From a virus (Duplodnaviria > Heunggongvirae > Uroviricota > Caudoviricetes): 7,312 bases of DNA. A model generated the notes under the pieces. That model was not told the DNA's origin. It saw nothing but the letters and a program-made list of their open reading frames with translations, and made no database searches. The stretch's first letter is position 1. Every line of letters starts with the position of its first letter. The stretch lies in the IMG/VR virus record IMGVR_UViG_2740892270_000007. One strand, 5' to 3'. The position numbers were made by a program, and so were the translations under genes. This document shows positions 7,219 through 7,312 of the stretch, one piece after another.

Positions 7219-7222
7219 ATGA
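7219..7222 (+). pseudogene. remnant start codon of the next late gene (probably major capsid), truncated by IS1
   Basis: AGGA (7207-7210) then ATG (7219-7221) at canonical spacing, followed one nucleotide later by the IS1 terminal repeat at 7223; ATG AGG TGA terminates at once. Confidence 0.35.
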
Positions 7223-7245
7223 GGTGATGCTGCCAACTTACTGAT
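7223..7245 (+). repeat. IS1 left terminal inverted repeat (IRL)
   Basis: GGTGATGCTGCCAACTTACTGAT is the canonical ~23-bp IS1 terminal repeat. Confidence 0.85.
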
Positions 7246-7277
7246 TTAGTGTATGATGGTGTTTTTGAGGTGCTCCA

Positions 7278-7312
7278 GTGGCTTCTGTTTCTATCAGCTG
7301 TCCCTCCTGTTC
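7278..7312 (+). CDS. insA: IS1 InsA (transposition regulator), 5' part only
   Basis: GTG start at 7278 followed by codons for ASVSISCPSCS, the recalled N-terminus of InsA (MASVSISCPSCSATDG...); truncated by window end. Confidence 0.8.
   Translation, partial: MASVSISCPSC

Larger units (their letters stand above)
7223..7312 (+). mobile_element. IS1 insertion sequence, left end (continues beyond window)
   Basis: GGTGATGCTGCCAACTTACTGATTTAGTGTATGATGGTGTTTTTGAGGTGCTCCAGTGGCTTCTGTTTCTATCAGCTGTCCCTCCTGTTC matches the IS1 left terminus and start of insA as I know it. Confidence 0.9.

Noticed and set aside
1-7312. CRISPR arrays, tRNA or other structured RNA genes, integrase or att sites
   Set aside because: No regularly spaced direct repeats, tRNA-like features or recombinase-like ORFs seen in this window.

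Overview
Late-gene region of a lambdoid prophage of the Enterobacteriaceae type, and it looks defective. Left to right: the 3' end of the lysis cassette (i-spanin Rz, cut by the window edge, with o-spanin Rz1 embedded in its +1 frame); an AT-rich antisense 169-aa membrane protein with DedA-like motifs in the moron slot between lysis and packaging; terminase small and large subunits; a portal gene whose first ~125 codons are separated from the body by two in-frame TAG codons and whose body is broken by a 293-nt run of N; a Mu-F/SPP1-gp7-like head morphogenesis gene; a DUF2213-like scaffold/protease-like gene with an acidic low-complexity linker; a 168-aa small structural protein; then the left end of IS1 (IRL plus start of insA) inserted 1 nt after an RBS+ATG that was probably the start of the next head gene. 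The most unusual element is the DedA-like cargo gene; the portal ambers and the IS1 insertion argue the prophage cannot make particles. No tRNA, rRNA or CRISPR array seen. All family assignments come from reading the translations and recalled family motifs; no search was run. At the 1801/1861 line boundary my hand-read codons disagreed with the supplied ORF track by one base, so I used the track's coordinates there.
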